Positions 1-8,801 are shown, counted from the first letter of the stretch. The stretch: DNA of 64,000 nt from Wujia chipingensis (GCA_963605535.1 CAVCXB010000003.1:19797-83796), one strand, 5' to 3'. Notes: a model not told the origin generated them from the letters alone. Made by a program: numbers and translations.

Positions 1-137
1 TTGATAGGAACATATCGATCGATTGTCCTGATATCTGATGATAGACTGCACCGGTCACCGACAAAACCGATTATAGTATGGTCATCCTTATAGATTGCAT
101 ATTCCCAGCCTTTATATCGTCCTTGTTCAACAATCAT
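1..137 (-). CDS. hypothetical protein, partial (runs off window start)
   Basis: ATG at 137 after GGGGGA SD, open to position 1 (MIVEQGRYKGWEYAIY...); overlaps end of GNAT gene. Confidence 0.6.
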   Translation of the reverse strand, partial: MIVEQGRYKGWEYAIYKDDHTIIGFVGDRCSLSSDIRTIDRYVPI

Positions 138-447
138 CAGAATATTCCCCCTTCTTATCCCAAAAAACGAACTGATACTGATTTCCAACATCCTTCATCT
201 TCCCGAATTTATCATAGACGTGGATGGCGCGATCATTATCCTTATCAACGAAGCAGTAGACCAAATCATACTGTTCCTTCAACTGATCGATAAGCTTCTT
301 TAAGGCTTTTGTGCCATAACCTTTATTTTGATACTTGGGATAAATCTCATAATCACACAATCCTATTGCGTTGATGTCATCGTAGATTTCGCCTTTGATT
401 TCACCAATCACATTGCCATAGGATGTAATCTTAAAGCTTTTTGTCAT
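127..447 (-). CDS. GNAT-family N-acetyltransferase
   Basis: acetyl-CoA binding motif YEIYPKYQNKGYGTKAL and C-terminal N..AIHVYDKFG. Confidence 0.8.
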   Translation of the reverse strand: MTKSFKITSYGNVIGEIKGEIYDDINAIGLCDYEIYPKYQNKGYGTKALKKLIDQLKEQYDLVYCFVDKDNDRAIHVYDKFGKMKDVGNQYQFVFWDKKGEYSDDC

Positions 448-457
448 TTATGTTACC

Positions 458-985
458 TCATGAATTCAAATCTTCAGCCGTGGATTTCACGTACGTATAC
501 ACAATTATCGGCTTGCCTAAATGGCGATGTACCAATCTGCAATAATCACGAATCATCTGTTCAGCTTTATCCATATCATCAGAATACGTCTTAATGTTGA
601 AGCGCATTCCGTGAATCTTTCTTCCGAATCGTACAACGGAGATATAGCTTGTTTCACCCATGCGATCAAGATTTCCGACGCAGTCACACATGTGATTATT
701 TTCTTCAAATAATGTCAGTGTAATATCCTCATCATCAATATTAATACTCTGTTTCGTAATCTTTATGATAATGATACTATTTGGCCCAAACAATTCAGTG
801 TATATATCATATACTGAATTCCTTGCCTCCAATTCATTTTCCGCATAGATCTTCACATTATCCGGAATCTCAAACGGATCATCTTTGAAAAGAATTGTGA
901 CTATGTAATACGTATTGTATGGAAGTCTGAAATTGCGATCCTTAGTCATCCTCCATCCGCCTTCAATCTTATATATCGTAACCAT
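458..985 (-). CDS. hypothetical protein
   Basis: co-oriented ORF in dense operon; start 985 or 949 (track start 1063 overlaps upstream gene). Confidence 0.65.
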   Translation of the reverse strand: MVTIYKIEGGWRMTKDRNFRLPYNTYYIVTILFKDDPFEIPDNVKIYAENELEARNSVYDIYTELFGPNSIIIIKITKQSINIDDEDITLTLFEENNHMCDCVGNLDRMGETSYISVVRFGRKIHGMRFNIKTYSDDMDKAEQMIRDYCRLVHRHLGKPIIVYTYVKSTAEDLNS

Positions 986-986
986 A

Positions 987-1178
987 TCAGTTAAGCACCT
1001 TTCCCAGCAATTCTGCTTCATAGATTGGAATATACATTTCAATCTCAATCTCTTCTTCACCATCCATAAGTTTGCATATCGCCTGACCTGAATATTCCGG
1101 GTTTTCTCTCCAACTGATGCTAACCCATTTCCTTAGAATCTCGATTGCTTCCAATCTCTTATCTACGCTTTGTTCCAT
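987..1178 (-). CDS. hypothetical protein
   Basis: GGAGG SD, tight packing with neighbours. Confidence 0.7.
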   Translation of the reverse strand: MEQSVDKRLEAIEILRKWVSISWRENPEYSGQAICKLMDGEEEIEIEMYIPIYEAELLGKVLN

Positions 1179-1182
1179 AGCA

Positions 1183-1470
1183 TCAATCCTCCAAATCTAA
1201 GTCTTCCAACAGCTTATTTTTTATTTTGAACGTAATCATATCAACAAGTTTCTTCAAAGCGGATTCCAACCTCTCAACATTATCCAAATCGAATTCATCA
1301 TAGATGATGTAATCAGAGAACGAACCGTCGCCATATTGGCTGAATTGCATCCATAGTTCATTTTCACCCTTCGAATACTGAATGTTGATTTCATAATGAA
1401 GGCCAGATATTTGATACGTATAACCACCCTTAAGAGTATCTATAAGCTTCTTTTTGTCCATTTGCAACAC
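1183..1470 (-). CDS. hypothetical protein
   Basis: GGGAGG SD, operon packing. Confidence 0.7.
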   Translation of the reverse strand: MLQMDKKKLIDTLKGGYTYQISGLHYEINIQYSKGENELWMQFSQYGDGSFSDYIIYDEFDLDNVERLESALKKLVDMITFKIKNKLLEDLDLED

Positions 1471-1476
1471 CTCCCA

Positions 1477-1650
1477 TCAATTATCCTGCGTAGGAATGAT
1501 TCCTTTTTCTGTGACGCTATATCTTTTCGTCCACTCAAAGAATTCTTCCTTTGTTGGCACTCGATATGTGTCTGGCAAAGTCGTCACATCACCATCTTTT
1601 TCGCAGGCTTTTACAATCTCATCGATTTTCTCACAGAGTTCATCTTTCAT
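1477..1650 (-). CDS. small hypothetical protein (57 aa, not in ORF track)
   Basis: AAAGGA SD then MKDELCEKIDEIVKACEKDG...PTQDN*; fills gap between neighbours. Confidence 0.6.
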   Translation of the reverse strand: MKDELCEKIDEIVKACEKDGDVTTLPDTYRVPTKEEFFEWTKRYSVTEKGIIPTQDN

Positions 1651-1674
1651 CTTATTTATTATCCTTTCAATATT

Positions 1675-1875
1675 TCAACCCATATACTCTTCATAAGGAT
1701 TGTCAGTTGAATCATCCGCATCAAACGGATAGTATTCAAGCTTCACTTCCCTACCATCCTGATCGACAAAACCATTCTTTCTGGAATCGTAGCAGATAAA
1801 TCCGTTTTTGCTCCACGTTTTTCTACGTACTTTCTTTCCATCGAATATCGCCTTAATCATCTGATCCCTGTTCAT
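1675..1875 (-). CDS. small phage protein with DUF2829-like N-terminus
   Basis: IKAIFDGKKVRRKTW resembles the AL..GK.V.R..W motif. Confidence 0.55.
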   Translation of the reverse strand: MNRDQMIKAIFDGKKVRRKTWSKNGFICYDSRKNGFVDQDGREVKLEYYPFDADDSTDNPYEEYMG

Positions 1876-2489
1876 AGCAGCACCACCTTAACCATCTTAT
1901 TATTGTATGGATGGATTTCTATTTCTCTGTCGAGCAATTCTTTCGGTACGTATTCAAGATAATTCTCGGCATCATAGAATTGAAAGTTTCCACCTTCAAT
2001 TTCTATCATGAAGTCGCCTTTCAAGAAATACTGAAGAGTCTTGATGGTGATTCTCGGCTTTGTGATCATAGTCGGATCACATGGTGCACATACGTATGGT
2101 GATGTATTACCTCCCGCATATCCGATGGTAACATTGCCTTCATCAGCGGGCACACCTTTGGAATTGACGATGGTATTTCCTCCTGGACAGTCATATTCGG
2201 ATGAAAATGCACATTTGGCAATGTCACTCTTTATAGAATCGTAGTCATAAGTATCAGGGCTTTTGACGTATGGATATATCTGTTTAATCCAAATAATGCC
2301 ATTTTGCGTACAGATGTCAAATTTCGCATCACAATCAAGACATGCACAATGCATTACATGTATGTTTATGTCATCATTGACTATCTGACCATTTTTGACA
2401 ATAGGAATCGTATTGACTAAAGTGGTATCCAAATGTTCGATGGCGTAATTCATTGATCCGCATACGGGACATTTTAATTCTTCACCCAT
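1872..2489 (-). CDS. Cys-rich hypothetical protein (zinc-ribbon-like N-terminus)
   Basis: CPVC...CLDC; AGGAGG SD. Confidence 0.65.
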   Translation of the reverse strand: MGEELKCPVCGSMNYAIEHLDTTLVNTIPIVKNGQIVNDDINIHVMHCACLDCDAKFDICTQNGIIWIKQIYPYVKSPDTYDYDSIKSDIAKCAFSSEYDCPGGNTIVNSKGVPADEGNVTIGYAGGNTSPYVCAPCDPTMITKPRITIKTLQYFLKGDFMIEIEGGNFQFYDAENYLEYVPKELLDREIEIHPYNNKMVKVVLL

Positions 2490-2501
2490 GGAATCCCTCC
2501 T

Positions 2502-2879
2502 TTACAATGTTATGCTCGGATATATTGTCGTATCTCTCGGAGCCTTCTCAACATCAACGACTTCAATTTTGAGACCCTCACATATGTTTTGCAGAACCTT
2601 TTTTGCGTCTTCCTCATCCTTTGCGAATACGCTTCGCCAGAACTTACTGGTGCTGCGCTTACCATCGCTATGAATATAATAATAGTTGAGATTATAGTAA
2701 TTCAGTCCGCTCAGTTTCGCCATGCGCCATTCAATCATTGCCGCAAGGAAGTCATCAACGGAATCCTCATCGGAATCAATATGATATCCATCAGATGTTG
2801 TCCAATAGCTTTTAGACGTCTGTTCGATATCCTTGAGGAATTCTTCCGCATCTCCGATTTCATATCCAAAGAACTTCAT
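2502..2879 (-). CDS. hypothetical protein
   Basis: GGAGG SD, operon packing. Confidence 0.7.
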   Translation of the reverse strand: MKFFGYEIGDAEEFLKDIEQTSKSYWTTSDGYHIDSDEDSVDDFLAAMIEWRMAKLSGLNYYNLNYYYIHSDGKRSTSKFWRSVFAKDEEDAKKVLQNICEGLKIEVVDVEKAPRDTTIYPSITL

Positions 2880-2891
2880 TTCCGATTCCTC

Positions 2892-3218
2892 CTAATTATG
2901 CCTGAATGGGCATTCTCCGGTGATCAGCGCTGTGCCTACAGTGGACATAAGAACGGTCGTCTTCTCTGAATACATCTCATTGTTTGTGATAGTGCCGTCT
3001 TCATTATAGTGATAATGATCCGGCGTATGCACGCCTTTGATTGTGACTTGAATCTGCTCGCCTTCATAATCAGTCCAGCTATCAATCACGTAGCACGTAT
3101 TTGTCGCAAACACATGAAGATACTTATACGTATACGTTGTGTCCCATATCTGCTTATTTCCGCATGATGAGAGAACCATAGGCAATGCAATTGCCAAAAG
3201 CTTCCATTTCTTCATCAA
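2892..3218 (-). CDS. phage lipoprotein
   Basis: KKWK + hydrophobic stretch + lipobox LSSC, then GNKQIWDTTY. Confidence 0.75.
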   Translation of the reverse strand: MMKKWKLLAIALPMVLSSCGNKQIWDTTYTYKYLHVFATNTCYVIDSWTDYEGEQIQVTIKGVHTPDHYHYNEDGTITNNEMYSEKTTVLMSTVGTALITGECPFRHN

Positions 3219-3421
3219 CTTTTTCCTCCAATGAATATTTCAATAAGCAATACAATAAGGTAGAGCATCATCCAGAACCCGGCGCTGATCCATAACGGGG
3301 ACAACACCCACACCCACGACCAGTCGATCACTTTGCAAAGCTTAAGGATGATGAACACGGTGCCGATGACCACACCCAACGACACTCCGCCTTCGCTCAC
3401 ATACGATCTGTCCTTATACAT
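3215..3421 (-). CDS. small membrane protein
   Basis: two hydrophobic segments, LKL..VIDWSWVWVLSPLW motif common in phage membrane proteins. Confidence 0.75.
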   Translation of the reverse strand: MYKDRSYVSEGGVSLGVVIGTVFIILKLCKVIDWSWVWVLSPLWISAGFWMMLYLIVLLIEIFIGGKS

Positions 3422-3431
3422 ACCATTCAGC

Positions 3432-3833
3432 CTAATTCCGTTCCTTGCTTATGACAATGCCGAACATATTGAAATGCCTGGTATAGCCTCTGGTCGAAAC
3501 GCGCTTCTTCGTCTTCTTCATTTCTGTCGACAGCGTCCTCAAGTCATCGATGCATGGATCCCACTGCGTCGGATTCTTCGGGTCGTAATAGCTATTCTCA
3601 AGATAGATTGACTGCGTCGCCAGAGGTATCACGGCTTCATCAAGAAAGCGTATTGTATCCCAATTGACGGTATCAAGGATGCCTACGGCAAACTCATCTA
3701 TCTGTGTGATGCAGACCTTCATTACGCGAATGGCGTCTTTATCGCATGTCTTATCCCGTTCGTACTGACGGATAATCTTATCCCACGTAGGAACAAGATG
3801 CCTGGCTATCAGCTCGATTGTCTTATCCATCAT
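3432..3833 (-). CDS. hypothetical protein
   Basis: ATGA overlap with upstream gene. Confidence 0.7.
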   Translation of the reverse strand: MMDKTIELIARHLVPTWDKIIRQYERDKTCDKDAIRVMKVCITQIDEFAVGILDTVNWDTIRFLDEAVIPLATQSIYLENSYYDPKNPTQWDPCIDDLRTLSTEMKKTKKRVSTRGYTRHFNMFGIVISKERN

Positions 3834-4279
3834 ATGAGGCCAAGCTCCTCCTGACTATACGGACGCCCAAGTTCCATTCCTTCATACATTGAATCTTTCT
3901 TGAATGATGGGAAGTTCGTCTCACGATACACGAGATCCGGCTTTTTATTCCCACCTTTGTTGACGGCGGTAAGAATTGAGATGTACTCCTTATTCTCGCC
4001 ATCAGGGCGCTTCGTGACAGTCACGATGTCATTCATGAACGATTTCGTGACATTGGTGAGCCACTCATGCTCCTTATCGTTCAAAATTGGTTCGTCATAC
4101 AGTACGTAGTCATCCTCTGTCGGATCATCGCCTTCGATGAGCCCGATGTAATTCGGAGATCTCTTTATGCTGACAAGACCATATTCATGTTCAATCTCAG
4201 CAAAACATCTCTTCGGCCAGCACTTTCTTCTGATTCTTTTTCCGTCATAGAGTGCTTCAACTGCTTCCTTCAAATTCAT
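3830..4279 (-). CDS. phage protein with DUF2829-like N-terminus
   Basis: MNLKEAVEALYDGKRIRRKCW; start 4279 overlaps folD stop, AGGAGG SD; C-terminal MYEGMELGRPYSQEELGL. Confidence 0.7.
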   Translation of the reverse strand: MNLKEAVEALYDGKRIRRKCWPKRCFAEIEHEYGLVSIKRSPNYIGLIEGDDPTEDDYVLYDEPILNDKEHEWLTNVTKSFMNDIVTVTKRPDGENKEYISILTAVNKGGNKKPDLVYRETNFPSFKKDSMYEGMELGRPYSQEELGLI

Positions 4280-5334
4280 TTTCTTTCCTCCTTCAGCCAC
4301 TCGGCAAGCCTTGCCGGTGCGCTTATGCATGAATCCGTAACTTCATTCAGTGTTGGTGAATATTCCGGAGCGATGGGTTTCGGCTCGGCAATATCCGATC
4401 CTTTCGCAAATACGTACTGGACACTGTGCTTCTGATATATCCAATTCACGAAATCCTGGTCGCTCATTTGATTTATCCACTTCTTGTTTGTCATCCTATC
4501 ATGTGATTTCACACTGTTATCAAGCATATATAGATTGACGACGTTCTTCAGCAGCCTCAGCCTCGTGAGCAATCCCACGCCTCCGGGAACCGGACTCTGA
4601 TAAGCAACGGGAAGGCCTTTCTCACAGTCTCCGATAAGTTTGCCATTGCCATCGAAATTGATTCCCACATCGAACATGACCGTACTGTCTTTCGCTCTGT
4701 CGGTGAAGTCACTCTTCTTTATCAATCCAGGAACGCCGGCTGCGCATATGATCAAGTCTGCGTTCTGTATTGCACGTATGCGGTTCTCATCGCTTGTCTT
4801 CGAGTGCATCACAGTCACATTGCAGTTCCGTTCAATGAGTGCCTTTGCCATCGGCTTTCCGACGATGTCGCTTCGGCCGATGATGAGAGCGTTCTTGTTG
4901 CAGAAGCCATATTGATTCTCGTTCAGGTAGTCGATGATTCCATACGGCGTGGCTGGATTGACGAATGGTGTGTTTGTGAATCCATCGGCATCCTTCGCCG
5001 GAAGGATATGTGCGTTGATCATATATGGATTGATATGATGCGGAAGAGGCATCTGTACGATATACGCGTCAACATTGTCGTCTTTGTTGAGAAGATACAT
5101 ACTGTTCAGAAGATCCTCATCGCATGCGGTATCATCAAGCTCTTCCATCATCGTCTCTATTCCGACTTCACTGCAGTCTTTTATCTTATTGCGTACGTAT
5201 CGATTGCTCGCCTCATTATTGCCAACCTTGAGTATGGCCAATGTCGGATGACGTCCTTTCACAATGGCAGACCTATCGATTGCCGTCTTCACTTTCTCTT
5301 TCTCTGATTTGACATATTCTTTTATATCAACCAT
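4276..5334 (-). CDS. folD: bifunctional methylenetetrahydrofolate dehydrogenase/cyclohydrolase with C-terminal extension
   Basis: YVRNKIKDCSEVGI, VQMPLPHHI, KDADGF, PATPYGI, IGRSDIVGKPM, DVGIN, SPVPGGVG motifs. Confidence 0.95.
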   Translation of the reverse strand: MVDIKEYVKSEKEKVKTAIDRSAIVKGRHPTLAILKVGNNEASNRYVRNKIKDCSEVGIETMMEELDDTACDEDLLNSMYLLNKDDNVDAYIVQMPLPHHINPYMINAHILPAKDADGFTNTPFVNPATPYGIIDYLNENQYGFCNKNALIIGRSDIVGKPMAKALIERNCNVTVMHSKTSDENRIRAIQNADLIICAAGVPGLIKKSDFTDRAKDSTVMFDVGINFDGNGKLIGDCEKGLPVAYQSPVPGGVGLLTRLRLLKNVVNLYMLDNSVKSHDRMTNKKWINQMSDQDFVNWIYQKHSVQYVFAKGSDIAEPKPIAPEYSPTLNEVTDSCISAPARLAEWLKEERK

Positions 5335-5360
5335 AGGCTTTCCTCCATATGATGACTATG

Positions 5361-5390
5361 ATTATAAAGAATGAATTTCCAAATGTCAAC
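5361..5390 (-). promoter_or_regulatory. sigmaA-type promoter for folD operon
   Basis: TTGACA-17 nt-TATAAT on minus strand. Confidence 0.85.
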
Positions 5391-5413
5391 ATATAAAATA
5401 AAATTTCTCAGAT

Positions 5414-5442
5414 TTGATCTGGGGAGGGGATATAATTAAAAT
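5414..5442 (+). promoter_or_regulatory. promoter for candidate sRNA A
   Basis: TTGATC-17 nt-TAAAAT. Confidence 0.5.
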
Positions 5443-5448
5443 GTATAT

Positions 5449-5637
5449 TCTGAATTAGTCATGCTAATACCAAATGTTGATAGTGGTATCTGCATTTATC
5501 CTCCCAAAGCATGATATAGTATTTGGATCCCCGTCACATATAAACCTTGCATCATATCATGATTTTTGGCTAAGTAAGTGTAATTACCCCAAGTAAAACA
5601 AAAAAGTCGGCCAGCCCTATTTGGGGCTGGCCGTTTT
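5449..5637 (+). ncRNA. candidate small RNA A (anti-RBS seed)
   Basis: promoter upstream, terminator at end, no ORF, several stems (ATACCA/TGGTAT, CATGATAT/ATATCATG, TTAGTCA/TGGCTAA), seed CATTTATCCTCCC at 5493-5505. Confidence 0.45.
5601..5637. terminator. bidirectional intrinsic terminator
   Basis: A-tract, CGGCCAGCCC/GGGCTGGCCG stem, TTTT. Confidence 0.8.
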
Positions 5638-5672
5638 CGTGTGGTAATGTATTCTAGGTGGAATTTGATTGG

Positions 5673-6008
5673 CTATTCTGGCTGCTTGGATGGCTCGCCG
5701 TATTTCTCAAGCAGGTCCTCAAGCGATATCTGGATGACGATCGGCCTATTCTCGCCCATGTAGGGAATGGCCCGGAGCGTATTGTATTCAATGAACTCAT
5801 ACGCCTCGGTGAGAGAGCAGGAATCATCATCCAACGTATTGTCCTCGGCGAACTCGGAAGCCATTCTTCCCTCGTCGTAAATGACGCGGTTGTCATCCGA
5901 GATTCCAATGATCGAATTGTCGAAGTCAGGATTGTCGAGGAGGATGAATGAGGCTTCGATATCTTTTCCGTACGCGTCGATGGCGCGTCTCAGGATATCG
6001 TTTCTCAT
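5673..6008 (-). CDS. hypothetical phage protein
   Basis: ATGA overlap with upstream gene, AAAGGA SD. Confidence 0.75.
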   Translation of the reverse strand: MRNDILRRAIDAYGKDIEASFILLDNPDFDNSIIGISDDNRVIYDEGRMASEFAEDNTLDDDSCSLTEAYEFIEYNTLRAIPYMGENRPIVIQISLEDLLEKYGEPSKQPE

Positions 6009-6862
6009 CTGTCATCCTTTCCGAATATGGATGTGATGTCGGCGTACACATGGCTCATGCGCTTGACATATCCATCCTTGACGCCATCGACATGGCCATC
6101 AAATAGTTCGAGCAGAACCTTCTCGATGGTCTCGGCGGGCACGCCCGTCTTTCCAAGGCCATAGGCAATATCCACCGCCTTTGTGATGAACTCATGCTCC
6201 GTATAGCGAGGCTCGTCGTCGCTCTCATCTTCATCCGAATCTTCATCCGAATCCTCATCCGGCTTCTTCAGTTTTTTCGACAGCCCATCGAGCCAGTCGA
6301 GCCAATTGTCGAAATCGGTATCAAAACCAGGTTTGGCTTCACCTTTGGTTTCGTCATCGTCTTCGGACGGCTTTTCATCTTCATCCTCGTCATCTTCGGA
6401 GTTGACATCTTCCGTATAAATCAATGGGATGTCTTTGTATGATGTGTATGCGCGATGTTCGCATTCTTCATCATCTTCATTCTCATCCTCGCATTTGCCA
6501 TCATCAACACCTTCGACGGAATCGGTTTCGGTGTCGACATAGCCTTTGTCAGCAGAGACCGTGAAGCTGATCTTCTCTCCGGGCTCAAGCTGGATATCCA
6601 TCGATGCGCCATCCATCGTCTTAGGAGTCTTCGAAAACTCCTTCATCGAATCCGTCTTGAAGGCATATCCGTCGTCGGCATTCTGAAGCATGCCGATGAC
6701 GTCACTGATCGATTCCTCGATGAGATCGACATACATACCGAGCTCATCTCTGTACGTATGGTACGAATTGTTCATCTTGTCACTGAGCTCGGTGATTCCG
6801 GCAATGGCGCCCCTGACTTTCGCAAGCTTGTAGTTCACTTTCTTCAATTCATCTTTACGCAT
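6005..6862 (-). CDS. highly acidic hypothetical protein
   Basis: start MRKDELKKV at 6862 after AAAGGGG SD; long D/E tracts. Confidence 0.8.
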   Translation of the reverse strand: MRKDELKKVNYKLAKVRGAIAGITELSDKMNNSYHTYRDELGMYVDLIEESISDVIGMLQNADDGYAFKTDSMKEFSKTPKTMDGASMDIQLEPGEKISFTVSADKGYVDTETDSVEGVDDGKCEDENEDDEECEHRAYTSYKDIPLIYTEDVNSEDDEDEDEKPSEDDDETKGEAKPGFDTDFDNWLDWLDGLSKKLKKPDEDSDEDSDEDESDDEPRYTEHEFITKAVDIAYGLGKTGVPAETIEKVLLELFDGHVDGVKDGYVKRMSHVYADITSIFGKDDR

Positions 6863-6939
6863 CTTATTTTCCCCTTTCATTGGACATGATTGTGTTCCGT
6901 GGACCGAGTCCATCATGCAGCGCACCCCATGTGCCATAA

Positions 6940-6969
6940 AGTCTAGCACTGCGGAAACCAAATGTCAAC
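6940..6969 (-). promoter_or_regulatory. sigmaA-type promoter
   Basis: TTGACA-17 nt-TAGACT with TGn extension. Confidence 0.7.
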
Positions 6970-6970
6970 G

Positions 6971-7012
6971 AGAAAAAAGAAAAAGATGCTCTTTAGCTAG
7001 GAGAGCATCTTT
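6971..7012 (-). terminator. intrinsic terminator closing candidate sRNA B
   Basis: AAAGATGCTCT/AGAGCATCTTT stem followed by TTCTTTTTTCT on minus strand. Confidence 0.75.
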
Positions 7013-7264
7013 CTGCCGTTCGGTGGTAGCTAGTCACGTCGCGGCGCTATTTGGAAAGGAGTCCAAATGCGTGGTTCCGCAGATAGCGGCTGCGGTGTGT
7101 GTCATGTGTGGCGCAAAAATCCGGTGGGCTCGGCACAATCCATTCGCGGAAGAGGAAACCGCGTGGGCGGAGGAGATATTGCCGCCTTGCATTGCCGGCC
7201 GGCATCGGCCAAAAGTCGCCACATGCGGCTAGGGAACCGCAGGCACAGTCGCAATTCCTGTGCC
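6972..7264 (-). ncRNA. candidate structured small RNA B (~290 nt, several C/U-rich anti-SD loops)
   Basis: own promoter and terminator; at least seven stem-loops plus long-range TGTGGCG/CGCCACA pair; predicted start coincides with first stem. Confidence 0.6.
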
Positions 7265-7270
7265 GTGTAT

Positions 7271-7299
7271 ATTATCCCACGCCGCGCCCCAAAAGTAAA
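7271..7299 (-). promoter_or_regulatory. promoter for candidate sRNA B
   Basis: TTTACT-17 nt-GATAAT; same TTTACTTTTGG -35 context as the helicase promoter. Confidence 0.6.
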
Positions 7300-7380
7300 T
7301 AGGGACTTTTGTTGATTTTCCCCTTTCAAATCATCCGCCGCGAATGTATAATCATGTATATCACAGAAGGGGGAATCGAA

Positions 7381-7773
7381 ATGGGCTTGGATGTTCGGAT
7401 TATGCACGTCGCTCCGGAGCTCAGCGAGGATGCGAACAGCGTCATCTTCGAGGGCAGCGGCCGCATGACGTACGCATTCCTTAGGGAATGGGTTGGGGAC
7501 GAAAGATATGGCGAAGACATCATCTTGACGAAGGAGACGGCGGAAGAGCTGATCGATCTGGCGACAGGGCAGATGGCTGAGGTGTACATGGAGAGCAGCG
7601 AGAGCAAGGCGGCGTACGACCCAATTTCCGAGGCATGCGGTCTCGACAATCCGTACGGAATCGCCGAGTTCGTTCGTGTGATGATGATGGCCGAATCGGC
7701 AATCGCATACTACGATCGGCACAGGATTCCAGAGTCCGAGCGCGGACACTTCACGGTGGAGGCGGACTGGTGA
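7381..7773 (+). CDS. hypothetical phage protein (MGLD-start type)
   Basis: ATG 7381 after AAGGGGG SD and TG-TATAAT promoter. Confidence 0.75.
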   Translation: MGLDVRIMHVAPELSEDANSVIFEGSGRMTYAFLREWVGDERYGEDIILTKETAEELIDLATGQMAEVYMESSESKAAYDPISEACGLDNPYGIAEFVRVMMMAESAIAYYDRHRIPESERGHFTVEADW

Positions 7774-8087
7774 TGACAAGAAAGCAGATGTTCGACAGGC
7801 TGTACGATCTCGACTTCATCATACGTATGGACGGAAGAGGGAACATGACCCTGCGGCTGTTCAATCACACAGAGACATACCGCATTGACAGCGACGACTG
7901 CACGGCGCTCTACCGGAAGATCGCATCCGACTATTCCAGCGAGCTCGAGCTCTGCCGGGACATCAGCCGCGACATGAAGGGGAACCGGATGATCTTCTCC
8001 TACATGGCATACGCCTGGCTGTTCCTGCTCGCCGCATCGCTCATCGCCGCATTCGTCGCAGCGATATTGCTGACGGTCGGAAGATGA
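7773..8087 (+). CDS. hypothetical membrane protein
   Basis: TGATG coupling with upstream gene, GGAGG SD, C-terminal TM segment. Confidence 0.7.
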   Translation: MTRKQMFDRLYDLDFIIRMDGRGNMTLRLFNHTETYRIDSDDCTALYRKIASDYSSELELCRDISRDMKGNRMIFSYMAYAWLFLLAASLIAAFVAAILLTVGR

Positions 8088-8130
8088 CCGTCATACAACA
8101 CATGACACACGACACAGGGAGGATTTATTC

Positions 8131-8748
8131 ATGGGACGTGAAATTGGATTCGACGTATACGCAAAGGGACAGGACGACAGCGGTGGGAAGTACCTCCAGC
8201 GCCTCGAGCTCATCAACGATGACAACTGGGTCTGCGGGCGTACCGAGATCACCGACGGGTGGGGACGGTACTTCGACTGCAACCGCATGACCGACGAGTA
8301 CACGACGCCGGTATTCGTGAAGGATTTCGACGGATGGAAGTGCGAGGGCTATTCGAACAGACGCTTCAGCGCTTCCGGAAATGGCCCTACAAGGCTCGCT
8401 TTTGTTCCGTATGAGGAATTTACCGCGGCAGCAAAAGAAGAGGCTCTAGAGTGCCTCAAATCGCGCGATAAGAGGAAATCAGGCAAGACCGAGACCCTCA
8501 AGACGCTGAAGGAGCTCTACTGCACGACGATGTGCACGTATCTGACTCTGAAGGACGACGACGCGAAGATGGCCTGCGAGAAGCAGATGGATAAGGTGCT
8601 GAAGAAGATCGAATCGTTCGAGGAGGATGACGGCGATGGAGGGAACGACTACTTCGAGAATCAGGCCGAGGCCGTCCTGAAGCTCATCGACGACATGGAC
8701 AAGTTCATGTCGGTCGGATTGGTTGTCATACCGTTCTTCTCCGACTAA
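8131..8748 (+). CDS. hypothetical protein
   Basis: GGGAGG SD, ends at terminator. Confidence 0.8.
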   Translation: MGREIGFDVYAKGQDDSGGKYLQRLELINDDNWVCGRTEITDGWGRYFDCNRMTDEYTTPVFVKDFDGWKCEGYSNRRFSASGNGPTRLAFVPYEEFTAAAKEEALECLKSRDKRKSGKTETLKTLKELYCTTMCTYLTLKDDDAKMACEKQMDKVLKKIESFEEDDGDGGNDYFENQAEAVLKLIDDMDKFMSVGLVVIPFFSD

Positions 8749-8752
8749 GCAC

Positions 8753-8792
8753 AAAAAAAAAGACCCGCTGCATCAGTGGGTCTTTTTTTTTT
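8753..8792. terminator. bidirectional intrinsic terminator
   Basis: A-tract, GACCCGCTG/CAGTGGGTC stem, T-tract, between convergent genes. Confidence 0.9.
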
Positions 8793-8801
8793 GTGATCTT
8801 A

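Noticed and set aside
7067..7315. Plus-strand 82-aa ORF with a good SD (AAAGGAG-5-ATG)
   Set aside because: No plus-strand promoter seen, SD lies in a hairpin loop with the ATG partly in the stem, and the ORF runs through two promoters; minus-strand promoter and terminator fit an antisense RNA better. Provisional.
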